Assembly (NCBI RefSeq): GCF_045629545.1
Contig: NZ_JAZQRK010000052.1
Location: 1,256-65,255, forward strand
DNA: 64,000 nucleotides
DNA from: Chryseobacterium sp.
GTDB lineage: Bacteria; Bacteroidota; Bacteroidia; Flavobacteriales; Weeksellaceae
Direction: 5' to 3'
The translations under genes and the position numbers were made by a program. Below, one piece after another: positions 1 to 9,133 of the stretch. The notes beneath the pieces are model-generated. The model made no database searches. It saw only the letters and a program-made list of their open reading frames with translations, and was not told the origin of the DNA. Each line of letters starts with the position of its first letter. Positions within the stretch are counted from its first letter, which is position 1.

Positions 1-1293
1 AATACCGCATTCCAATCCGGCATGGCAAGCCACAACATGAGGTTTGTCCCCGAATTTTTCTGTGTATATTTTCTCCATAATCTGTACAATTTCAGAACCT
101 GGTTTTGGTTTCCATCCTGGGTAAGAACCACTCATTTCTACCGTCATACCTGCCAATTCAGATACACACTTCAATTGTTCTGCTACAGAATCTTTAGAAG
201 AATCTACAGAAGATCTAGAAAGATTAAGAATTTTTAGATTTCCTTCTTTTAGTTCTACTTTTGCCACGTTGTTAGAAGATTCTACAAGGTCTGGTACATC
301 TGGGCTCATTCTGTAAACTCCGTTGTGAAGAGATTTTAGAACGTATATTAGTTTTTTAGAGTCTTCCTCAGAGATTGCTTTGCCAGTACTTTCTGCCACG
401 GTAATATTAATCTGTAAGTGAGCTTCAATCGCTACAAATTCTTCTAGAATTTCATTTTTTAGTGTTTCTAAAGTTGCTAAAAATTCATTCGCATTTTTTA
501 CCGAAACAATAGCGATAGCTTCTCTTGGTATTGCGTTTCTTAAGCTTCCCCCATCAATAGAGATTACTTGTAGGTTTTGGTTTTCCAAACCTTTGTACAA
601 TAATCTACCGATGATCATATTAGAGTTTCCGAAACCTTTGTGTATGTCCATACCAGAGTGACCTCCGCGTAGACCTTTTACTTCAATTTTTACCGTTTCT
701 CCTTTTGCATTTTCTGTAGCATAGGTATTAGAAACCGTAACATCTACACCACCAGCACAACCGATATCTATCTCATCATCCTCTTCAGTATCTAGATTCA
801 ATAATATTTGTCCTTTTAGTTGACTTGGTTTCAAGCCTAGAGCACCTGTCATACCTGTTTCTTCATCAATGGTGAAAAGTGCTTCCAATTCTGGATGAGG
901 AATATCCGTGCTCTCTAGAATAGACATAATTGTAGCCACACCCAAACCGTTATCTGCGCCTAGCGTAGTCCCTTTTGCCTTTACCCAATCTCCATCCACT
1001 TCCATCTGGATACCTTGCGTTTCAAAATCGAAAGTAACGTCATTGTTTTTTTGACAAACCATATCCAAATGAGATTGCAACACAATAGATTTTCTATTCT
1101 CCATCCCTGCAGTAGCGGGCTTTGTGATAATTACATTACCTACTTCGTCTACCGTTGTAGGAAGACCAAGATTTTCACCGAATGTCTTGATGAAAGCGAT
1201 TACTTTTTCTTCTTTTTTTGAAGGTCTAGGAACCTCATTTAGTTTGGAGAAATTTTTCCAAATTACTTGGGGTTCTATGTTTGAAAGTGCCAT
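1..1293 (-). CDS. pepD: Aminoacyl-histidine dipeptidase (M20 family), partial; 3' end runs off the window
   Basis: Not in the ORF track. Manual translation from ATG at 1293 gives MALSNIEPQVIWKNFSKLNEVPRPSKKEE...LQSHLDMV...TTLGADNGLG...TIDEETGM, the typical PepD metal-binding motifs. Confidence 0.92.
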   Translation of the reverse strand, partial: MALSNIEPQVIWKNFSKLNEVPRPSKKEEKVIAFIKTFGENLGLPTTVDEVGNVIITKPATAGMENRKSIVLQSHLDMVCQKNNDVTFDFETQGIQMEVDGDWVKAKGTTLGADNGLGVATIMSILESTDIPHPELEALFTIDEETGMTGALGLKPSQLKGQILLNLDTEEDDEIDIGCAGGVDVTVSNTYATENAKGETVKIEVKGLRGGHSGMDIHKGFGNSNMIIGRLLYKGLENQNLQVISIDGGSLRNAIPREAIAIVSVKNANEFLATLETLKNEILEEFVAIEAHLQINITVAESTGKAISEEDSKKLIYVLKSLHNGVYRMSPDVPDLVESSNNVAKVELKEGNLKILNLSRSSVDSSKDSVAEQLKCVSELAGMTVEMSGSYPGWKPKPGSEIVQIMEKIYTEKFGDKPHVVACHAGLECGI

Positions 1294-1323
1294 AAAATTT
1301 TATTTTTCTCAAAATTACAAAAT

Positions 1324-1359
1324 AAAAAAAGGCCTCTGAAATTCAAGAAGCCTTTTTTT
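1324..1359. terminator. Intrinsic terminator-like hairpin
   Basis: aaaaaaaggc...gccttttttt inverted repeat just downstream of the 1376-1870 gene. Confidence 0.6.
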
Positions 1360-1375
1360 GTGTTTATTATGCAAG

Positions 1376-1870
1376 TTAGCAAGCACATTCTCCGTAGATA
1401 GGGATTTTCACTATCGTTCCATCCGTTTTTTCAATAGTTATGGTACCATCAAACAGCATCGCTTCCTCATGTTTTATTTTTTTACCTTTTACAGAAATTT
1501 TATAATCATTATTTTCTATTTCTTTGGATAGCTCGTCATCAGACTCCATATCACTAGAGGAAAGTAAATTCATGACCAACCTTTTGCCCTCAATTTTCAT
1601 GTATGCGGTTTTTCCGGCATCGTCTGCATAGATATACTTTTCATTTTCAAAATCGCTCTTATTTTTGGCAAAATAGCAAGAACATTCTTTGATTTCTGTA
1701 GGAAATGCAAAGGTTTCTATGGCAATTTTTTCTGTATTTGTAGTCGTTAATGTAGAATCATTGGCAATAGCTAAAGAATCTTGCGCAACAGAACTCGATG
1801 GCAGTTGAGTGTTGTCTTTTTTGCAACTCACCAAAACAAAAGCAGCGAAAAGTAGAATAGAGTATTTCAT
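1376..1870 (-). CDS. Hypothetical lipoprotein
   Basis: Signal peptide with lipobox LVSC; no recognised domain. Confidence 0.75.
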   Translation of the reverse strand: MKYSILLFAAFVLVSCKKDNTQLPSSSVAQDSLAIANDSTLTTTNTEKIAIETFAFPTEIKECSCYFAKNKSDFENEKYIYADDAGKTAYMKIEGKRLVMNLLSSSDMESDDELSKEIENNDYKISVKGKKIKHEEAMLFDGTITIEKTDGTIVKIPIYGECAC

Positions 1871-1887
1871 TATAATTTATATTTTTA

Positions 1888-2493
1888 TTATCCTCTTGCT
1901 CTTTCTAATAGTACCATCATGAGTAAAGATAGTATCACCAAACTTTCATCTTCATCATCGATATCAATCAGCCTATCCAACTGAAATCGTCTGCCTAGCA
2001 TAGATGGCATTTTTTTTAGTCTAAAATATTCTTTACCATTGGCATCTTTCACAGTATAACTCGGATTTAGGAAATATCCTGTAAACATCCCAACTACAGG
2101 GATTTCTCCAACCATACCATCTAACAATTTTATCCATGGATTATCCTCAGTGATGATAAACTTGGGCTGATCGTTACTATCTATTACATCATAACTAGAT
2201 TTCCAGATAGAACGCATACCTTTTCTAGCCAATCTTCCAAAATTCTTACCAAGAGCAATCTCTTTGATAGAGTAGGAAGCATTAAAATCTATCCATTGGT
2301 TGGCTTGTATTCTGTATAATTCCTTAGATTTACTATCATCATTGAAAACTATTACATCTTCTTTCAGCTTAAACATCTTCTGGCGTACATAGGCTACAGG
2401 CTTATCATTTTTATCTGTGATATTGAAATCGCTAGCGAGTGTTGAAATTTTAAATTTAAAATCTAATGGATAGTTTAAATTATTTAGTGCCAT
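1888..2493 (-). CDS. LURP-one-related / scramblase (tubby C-terminal-like) family protein
   Basis: Repeated DFNITD..KPVAYVRQKMFKLKE / SYTVKD..GKEYFRLKK beta-rich pattern typical of the family. Confidence 0.65.
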   Translation of the reverse strand: MALNNLNYPLDFKFKISTLASDFNITDKNDKPVAYVRQKMFKLKEDVIVFNDDSKSKELYRIQANQWIDFNASYSIKEIALGKNFGRLARKGMRSIWKSSYDVIDSNDQPKFIITEDNPWIKLLDGMVGEIPVVGMFTGYFLNPSYTVKDANGKEYFRLKKMPSMLGRRFQLDRLIDIDDEDESLVILSLLMMVLLERARG

Positions 2494-2604
2494 CTTGTGT
2501 AAATTATTTTTTGTTTCATCAAAGATATATTTTTTATTGTAATAACATTAATTTTACACTACAATACCCTATAAATGATGATTTTTTAATTTATTTTTGT
2601 AATT

Positions 2605-3216
2605 ATGGATTATCCAAGTAAAGTATTGGCAAAAGCCGTTGACGAAATAGCAGGTCTTCCTGGGATTGGAAGAAAAACAGCCCTGCGCCTTGCTCTCCAC
2701 CTTCTGAAACAACCCACTTCCCGAGCCACCAACCTTGGAAGTTCTATCATCAATCTTGTTAATGATATAAAATATTGTAAAGAATGCCACAATTTTTCTG
2801 ATGAGGATATTTGTGAAATCTGTAGCGACGAGAAAAGAAGTGATGAGATTATCTGTATCGTTGAAGATGTACGAGATGTTATTGCTATAGAAAATACAGG
2901 AAAATACAGAGGAAAATATTTGATATTAGGCGGCAAAATTTCCCCTATGGAAGGAGTAGGACCTCACCAACTGAATATAACAAGTATTGATAAAAAATTA
3001 GAAATAGGCAAAGCCAAGGAATTTATTTTTGCGCTAAGTGCAACCATGGAAGGTGATACAACGGCTTACTATATTTATAAAAAATTTAAAAATTCAGGCA
3101 TTAAATTCTCAAGTATCGCTAGGGGTATATCTGTAGGTGATGAACTAGAGTATGCTGATGAAATTTCTTTGGGAAGATCTATCATTAATAGATTACCCTA
3201 CAATGAAAAGGATTGA
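2605..3216 (+). CDS. recR: Recombination mediator RecR
   Basis: HhH LPGIGRKTA, C4 zinc finger CKEC..CEIC, Toprim IVED and ELEYADE motifs. Confidence 0.97.
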   Translation: MDYPSKVLAKAVDEIAGLPGIGRKTALRLALHLLKQPTSRATNLGSSIINLVNDIKYCKECHNFSDEDICEICSDEKRSDEIICIVEDVRDVIAIENTGKYRGKYLILGGKISPMEGVGPHQLNITSIDKKLEIGKAKEFIFALSATMEGDTTAYYIYKKFKNSGIKFSSIARGISVGDELEYADEISLGRSIINRLPYNEKD

Positions 3217-4055
3217 TGAAAAATATGAAGTTATCCATTATTATTGTCAATTATAATGTTACCCAACTTTTAAGAAATTGCCTTTTGTCTATCAAAAAGT
3301 ATTGTCTAGAGATTTCCTATGAGGTCATAGTGATAGATAATGACTCTACAGACTCTTCTTGGAAGCAATTAGTTGATGAGTTTTCAGAGGTTAGATTCAT
3401 ATCTTCTAGTATTAATGAAGGTTTTTCTAGAGCGAATAATAAAGCCATCAAACAAGCAAAGGGGGAATATGTACTTTTACTAAATCCAGATACAGAATTT
3501 GAAGATTATTATATTAAAGATATTATTGATTTTGCAGATTCTAAGGCAAATTTTGGAGGTTTGGGTATAAGAATGCATGATGCTGAAGGAAATTTTTTAC
3601 CAGAGAGTAAAAGATCTGTACCAGATATGTACAATTCATTCGGAAAGTTGTTCGGAAAAATCTCAAAGGAAAATTCTAAATCTTATTATCGTAACGATAT
3701 TGCGGAGGATGCCATTGCGTCTGTGGAAGTAGTAACGGGAGCTTTTCTATTGGTAAAGAGGGAAACATATAACCAAATAGGAGGTTTGGATGAGTCTTAT
3801 TTTATGTATGGAGAAGATATAGACATTTGCTATACCCTCCTTAATCATGGACTGACCAATTATTACTATGGAAAAGCTTCATTGCTGCACTATAAAGGTG
3901 AAAGTACCATAAGAGATAGACAATATCTGGAGCGATTTTATGGAGCCATGCAAATATTTCTAGACAAATATTATAAAGGCAATATTTTGCAATATTGGCT
4001 ACTCAGTGCAGGTTTACAATTACGATATGCGATAGAGAAAACCCGTATAAAGTAA
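3216..4055 (+). CDS. Glycosyltransferase family 2
   Basis: LSIIIVNYN, IDNDSTD, LLLNPD, FMYGEDID motifs; ATG overlaps the recR stop (TGATG). Confidence 0.9.
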   Translation: MKNMKLSIIIVNYNVTQLLRNCLLSIKKYCLEISYEVIVIDNDSTDSSWKQLVDEFSEVRFISSSINEGFSRANNKAIKQAKGEYVLLLNPDTEFEDYYIKDIIDFADSKANFGGLGIRMHDAEGNFLPESKRSVPDMYNSFGKLFGKISKENSKSYYRNDIAEDAIASVEVVTGAFLLVKRETYNQIGGLDESYFMYGEDIDICYTLLNHGLTNYYYGKASLLHYKGESTIRDRQYLERFYGAMQIFLDKYYKGNILQYWLLSAGLQLRYAIEKTRIK

Positions 4056-4057
4056 AT

Positions 4058-4089
4058 AGCAAAAGCAACTCCTAGGAGTTGCTTTTGCT
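4058..4089. terminator. Bidirectional terminator (perfect 32-bp palindrome) between convergent GT2 and secG
   Basis: agcaaaagcaactcct|aggagttgcttttgct. Confidence 0.8.
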
Positions 4090-4108
4090 TATCTAATGAT
4101 TGAGTGTC

Positions 4109-4447
4109 TTATTTAGTAGCGGGTACTGATACCGGCGCTGTAGTTTGTGAGGCTGGTGCAGTTTTAGCAGGCGCTTCAGTTTTAGTTGGCATTGGAGGTG
4201 CTACTTGTTTTGGTTTACCAGTTACCACTACACTTATAAGAATAAGGATAATGATTGTTGCTCCTAAGCTCCAAGTGGCTTTTTCCATAAAGTCGTTGGT
4301 TCTTTGTACTCCGAATTGTGCAGAAGATGCACCTCCGAATGTACTCGATAGACCACCACCTTTTGGGTTTTGAGCCATAACAACGATTGATAGTAATACA
4401 CTAGCAATCATAATAAGAACCATTAATAATACAAATATAGTCTCCAT
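4109..4447 (-). CDS. secG: Preprotein translocase subunit SecG
   Basis: Two TM helices flanking QNPKGGGLSSTFGG; start set at internal Met (METIF...). Confidence 0.92.
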   Translation of the reverse strand: METIFVLLMVLIMIASVLLSIVVMAQNPKGGGLSSTFGGASSAQFGVQRTNDFMEKATWSLGATIIILILISVVVTGKPKQVAPPMPTKTEAPAKTAPASQTTAPVSVPATK

Positions 4448-4519
4448 TAATATTTTTTCTTTGAAAGGCAAATTTAATCTTTTTTTACCGAATAGCAAAA
4501 AAAGATTGTAGTAAAAGTA

Positions 4520-4547
4520 AAAACGGCAACAATTGTTGCCGTTTTTC
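4520..4547. terminator. Palindromic terminator downstream of the M16 peptidase pair
   Basis: aaaaacggcaacaa|ttgttgccgttttt. Confidence 0.7.
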
Positions 4548-4565
4548 TAGAGATTACCCTATAAT

Positions 4566-6611
4566 TTATTTGAAATCAGCTTCTTTTGCTGTATTTATTT
4601 CATAAGAATTTACTTTCATCACCATCTCCATTCCCATTTGGTTAACAGACATTGTGTAAGGAAACTTTACACCATTCACTTCTTTGTAATCAGAAAATGT
4701 TTTTGGTATTGTAATTTCTTTACCTTCATTCTTTACTGTTTCATTTTCTCCCGTTTTCAAACCCGTTTTCACACTATAAAAATACGTGTTGCCATAGGCT
4801 TTTATCGCATAAGAATCTTCACCATTTATCTTTTCTATACCTGCCAATTTATAATCTGCAGATTTAGCAAAAGACATTTCTTTGAAAAGATCCGTATTTT
4901 TTAATTTCTCCTCGATTTCTTCAGGTTTCATTGTTACCTTCTGACCCATTTGCTCAGAATATCCCGTTTTACCATCGAAAACTTGCTTTTGCATGGTTTG
5001 CCCCATCATAGAGATAATGTTCGCTTCTTTTCCTCCTTGTGCTTGTATTGTTTTAAAGTCGATTTTTTGACCTTGCATATCAATTGTACCATTCATCACA
5101 TAAGAAGAAATCTTGGATACACTAGCCTTTCCTCCAATAGCTGCAATATATTTATCTGCAATAGTTGCTACTGTTACATTAGCATCTACTTTTTGTACCG
5201 TAGGCTTTGCTACAGGGTTTGCATTGCTATCGAAATACTTTACAGGATAACCTAATTTTTCTAGCCCTTCCGAGATTTCCGACGCTTTACCAGCAATAAA
5301 AATTCTACTTTGGTTGGGTAATATGGTTGCTTTTACAGCATTTGCTACATCTGCAGTAGTTACCTTATCGATCGATTTTAAATAATTGATATAAAAATCT
5401 GATGGTAAATCTTGTACTTTTTGGTTTAGGGCAAATCTTGCAATTGTAGCAGGTTGTTCTAGAGACATAATAAAGCTTCCTTTCAATTTAGCTTTAGCAT
5501 TAGCCAATTCTTCAGGTTTTACAGTAGAAATACCATTTATTTCCGTCATGAATTCCTTTACAGCTTTATCCGTAACTTCATTTCTTACACTTGCTTCAGC
5601 GGAGAATGATGGAGAATATTTACTCGCCATCATCGTAGAATAAGCACCGTACGTGAAACCATTTTTCTCACGAAGATTCATGAATAATCTTGCTTCACCT
5701 CCACCACCAAGGATGTAGTTGGCAATGGTAGCAGGGAAATAGTTAGCATCCTTCATTTTTAATGTATTTAGGTTGCTTACAGACACTACAGATTGCACTG
5801 CAGTTGGGATATCAACTACATTGATTTCTGTTTTTGCCACGTTGTTAGCAGGCTCTAACGCTGCGTAAGTTGTATTTGCTTTTTTCCAATTGCTGAAAGC
5901 TTTTTCTACCATCGGTTTTACCTGGTCGAATTTTACATCACCAACAATTACCAAATAAGCATTATCTGGAGCGTAGTATTTCTTGTAAACATCTTGTACA
6001 TCTGCTAACTGAATTTTGTTGATAGATTCTATTGTTTCAAATTCTCCTCTAGAAGTGTTTTTTCCATAAGTAACAGCACTGGATACTCTAGAAGCAATGG
6101 CATTGGCACTTTTTTCTTCAGATTTTATCCCTTCGATAGCTCTATCTTTAGATTTCTGAATTTCGTCTGCCGCAAATTTTGGATTGATAATGGCATCTGC
6201 CATTAATCCTAAAACCTCAGGGAAATATTTGGATAAAGAGTTAGAAGACGCACCCCCCGAATTAAATCCTAGATTAGCTCCTAAGAAATCTACTTTTTTA
6301 TTGAATTCGTCTTTGCTAAGGCTTGTTGTACCGTTACCCAATTGGTCTGCCATGATTTGGCTTACTCCCACTACAGCACCTTCATAGTAAGGTTGTCTAT
6401 CCATAGAAAGACTCATATTTACTCTTGGCAATTTGCTATTTTCAACCACCATTACCGTCATTCCGTTTTTCAGTTGGAAGGTTTTTGGTTTTGCAATGTT
6501 AATCGCTGGAGTAGGCCCAGCTTTTGGCATCGCATTAAGGTCTATTTTTTGTGCAGATAGCATTCCAGAAAATAAAAATGCAACGGCTATATATGTTAAT
6601 TGTTTTTTCAT
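4566..6611 (-). CDS. M16 (insulinase) family protein, non-catalytic subunit with extra C-terminal domain
   Basis: Signal peptide, M16 fold (LKNGMTVMVVE, LREKNGFTYG), no HxxEH motif, about 200-aa C-terminal extension. Confidence 0.85.
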   Translation of the reverse strand: MKKQLTYIAVAFLFSGMLSAQKIDLNAMPKAGPTPAINIAKPKTFQLKNGMTVMVVENSKLPRVNMSLSMDRQPYYEGAVVGVSQIMADQLGNGTTSLSKDEFNKKVDFLGANLGFNSGGASSNSLSKYFPEVLGLMADAIINPKFAADEIQKSKDRAIEGIKSEEKSANAIASRVSSAVTYGKNTSRGEFETIESINKIQLADVQDVYKKYYAPDNAYLVIVGDVKFDQVKPMVEKAFSNWKKANTTYAALEPANNVAKTEINVVDIPTAVQSVVSVSNLNTLKMKDANYFPATIANYILGGGGEARLFMNLREKNGFTYGAYSTMMASKYSPSFSAEASVRNEVTDKAVKEFMTEINGISTVKPEELANAKAKLKGSFIMSLEQPATIARFALNQKVQDLPSDFYINYLKSIDKVTTADVANAVKATILPNQSRIFIAGKASEISEGLEKLGYPVKYFDSNANPVAKPTVQKVDANVTVATIADKYIAAIGGKASVSKISSYVMNGTIDMQGQKIDFKTIQAQGGKEANIISMMGQTMQKQVFDGKTGYSEQMGQKVTMKPEEIEEKLKNTDLFKEMSFAKSADYKLAGIEKINGEDSYAIKAYGNTYFYSVKTGLKTGENETVKNEGKEITIPKTFSDYKEVNGVKFPYTMSVNQMGMEMVMKVNSYEINTAKEADFK

Positions 6612-6724
6612 TTGTAAAAATTTTAGTGTAATAATTCTTGATTGATTTGATTTTTAAATCCCAAAAGTGTAAAATACAAAAGGTCTTGTTCTTTCAGGTT
6701 AAGATCTTTTAATCTAGATAAGAA

Positions 6725-8038
6725 TTACTTTTTTTCAGGTACGTAATTGATGATTACTCTTTGGTTAGAATTAAGATATTTTTTCGCAGCATTCTGCAAA
6801 TCTTCTTTGGTGATAGATCTGTAGATATCAATTTCTTTGTTAATCAAATTGGTATCACCCATCAATACATGATAGGTTGCCAAAGATCCAGCAATCCCCT
6901 GAATACTTGAATTAGAATTTACAAACTGGTTTTCGAATTTATTTTGAAGTTTTTGATAATCTTCCTGAGAGATCAGCGTAGTCTGTAGTTTTTTGATCTC
7001 AGCATCAATATCAGCTTGTAGTGCTTGCTTCGTAGTTGCTCCCATTGGGATAGCAAAGAACCCAAATACTCCGTAGTCTTCCATACCCAAGTTGAATGCT
7101 TGTACTTCTAAAGCTTTCTTATCCTGATCTACCAATTTTTTGTACAATACAGAAGATTTTCCACTGCTTAGGTAAGATGATAGCATATTCAAGATATACG
7201 CATCTTTATCTTTGTTAGACGGACTTCTGTAGGCAAAAATATATGCAGGAAGTTGGATGTTAGGATCTGTGACAGTTTTTTCAGTTTCCTTTGTGATAGG
7301 AGATTCTTTAGGGAAGTTCTTAGGCGTTACAGTACCTTTTTGTAACCCTCCATAGTATTCTTCAATCCATTTTTTAGTTTGCTCTGGCTTTATGTCTCCT
7401 GCAACTACTAATGTAGCGTTGTTTGGCACATAGTATTTTTTGTAGAATGCCTGAAATTCTTCCAATTTAGCCGAGTTCAAATCGTCAATAGATCCGATAA
7501 CAGAACCGCTGTAAGGGTGGTTGGTAAACAAGTTGGCTTGGATAGCATTCATCAAATTACCATACGGCTGATTGTCCATTCTCAACCTCTTTTCCTCCTT
7601 TACAACCTCTCTCTGAGTATCTACCCCAATTTGGTTAATCTCTGCGTGGCGCAATCTTTCAGCCTCCATCCAAAGTCCCAATTGCTCGTTGTTAGACGGG
7701 AAAGTTTCGTAGTAGTACGTTCTATCCATCGTAGTATTGGCATTGTTTTGACCTCCATTAGAAGAAACAATTTTAAACCATTCTCCTCTTTTAATGTTAG
7801 GCGTTCCTTCAAACAAAAGATGTTCGAAAAAATGAGCAAAACCAGTTCTTCCTTTCACTTCATCTTTAGCTCCTACATGGTACATAATCCCCGTAGTTAC
7901 TACAGGTGCTGTATTGTCTTGGTGAAGAATTACGTGTAAACCGTTTGGTAAATCATATTCTTCGAATTTAATTTGTTGTGCATTTAGCATAGCTCCAAAT
8001 AAAGCAGCCGCAGCGGCACTAAGAAGTCGTTTTTTCAT
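6725..8038 (-). CDS. M16 family zinc peptidase, catalytic subunit
   Basis: HFFEH (HxxEH) motif, NANTT, signal peptide. Confidence 0.92.
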   Translation of the reverse strand: MKKRLLSAAAAALFGAMLNAQQIKFEEYDLPNGLHVILHQDNTAPVVTTGIMYHVGAKDEVKGRTGFAHFFEHLLFEGTPNIKRGEWFKIVSSNGGQNNANTTMDRTYYYETFPSNNEQLGLWMEAERLRHAEINQIGVDTQREVVKEEKRLRMDNQPYGNLMNAIQANLFTNHPYSGSVIGSIDDLNSAKLEEFQAFYKKYYVPNNATLVVAGDIKPEQTKKWIEEYYGGLQKGTVTPKNFPKESPITKETEKTVTDPNIQLPAYIFAYRSPSNKDKDAYILNMLSSYLSSGKSSVLYKKLVDQDKKALEVQAFNLGMEDYGVFGFFAIPMGATTKQALQADIDAEIKKLQTTLISQEDYQKLQNKFENQFVNSNSSIQGIAGSLATYHVLMGDTNLINKEIDIYRSITKEDLQNAAKKYLNSNQRVIINYVPEKK

Positions 8039-8248
8039 AAATAGAAATTGTTTTGTGTATTAGTACATAAGATTGCCAATTTGTTACACGATTCTGCAAT
8101 TTTTTTCATGTAAATATATCTTTTAGAGTGTATAAAATGCTCAGAACTGTAAAAAACCTTCTTACTAGGGTGCGACAGACTTTCGGGGAATATTAAACTA
8201 TTAGATTTTGTGTATTTTAGCTACCAATTAATAACCGAGATTTTACAA

Positions 8249-8866
8249 ATGAAATGTATACCCAAATTAACTGTTTTATTGACTGTTTTATTGGAAAGTT
8301 GTAATCCAAATTCAACTCAATCATCTCAAGAAAATTATATTGAATCAATCCAAAAAAAAGAGTTTGAAAAACATGATGAATTATATGAAAAATCAGGCAA
8401 GCTTATTGGTGAATTTGAGTTTAGTTTAAAAGCAGATGAGAATCAAATGAAAGATTGGGAAGATGGAATTATCCCTTGGATAAGTTTACAGAATCCTGAA
8501 TTAGAAATAAACCAATTAATAAATGCAAATGAAATTGTTATCAAACAATCAACGATCAATATTATTTTTGATTATCCTTTAAATAAACCTGCAAATTTTG
8601 AGTTTAAAAATGAAAAGGGATTTAATAGAAAAGACTTGATACTTTTAGTAAGCAAAAAATATCATGAGATCTATAATGAAGAAGAAAAAAGTGCCAAAAC
8701 CAAGACAATTCCTATAGATAAAAGAATAGGAATAATAAACAGAAACGAAACTGATGGTAAGTATGGAATTTGGGGACATGATTTATCTGACTTAGATTTA
8801 AGCGGAATTGAAATACATCAATCAACCGACGGAAAAATTAATCTGATATTAATAGTAGAATCCTAA
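8249..8866 (+). CDS. Hypothetical lipoprotein
   Basis: ORF 8210-8866; internal ATG 8249 gives a signal peptide with lipobox LESC. Confidence 0.65.
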   Translation: MKCIPKLTVLLTVLLESCNPNSTQSSQENYIESIQKKEFEKHDELYEKSGKLIGEFEFSLKADENQMKDWEDGIIPWISLQNPELEINQLINANEIVIKQSTINIIFDYPLNKPANFEFKNEKGFNRKDLILLVSKKYHEIYNEEEKSAKTKTIPIDKRIGIINRNETDGKYGIWGHDLSDLDLSGIEIHQSTDGKINLILIVES

Positions 8867-9133
8867 CTAGAGTTAATAACTAAGCTTTTGTTTTGCTTGA
8901 AGGAAAAATAATAATCTTATTGAATATTACTGATAGCTTTTAGGAAGTGTTATGGTTATTAAGATATTCAATGTTGAAAATATTTCAACCCAACCTCTCT
9001 AGAAACAATTCTGGAGAGGTTTATTTTTAAACAAATAGTAGCAAAAATATTCAAGCTCCTCACCCGCATTTTTAATAATTTGAATTCTCCTTATAATACA
9101 CTAATTTTGTAGCTCCCAAAATTATTTTGCTGT

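Noticed and set aside
22-1339. Short plus-strand ORFs at 22-237, 1015-1221 and 1124-1339
   Set aside because: Antisense shadows of pepD, which is open on the minus strand from 1293 to the window edge
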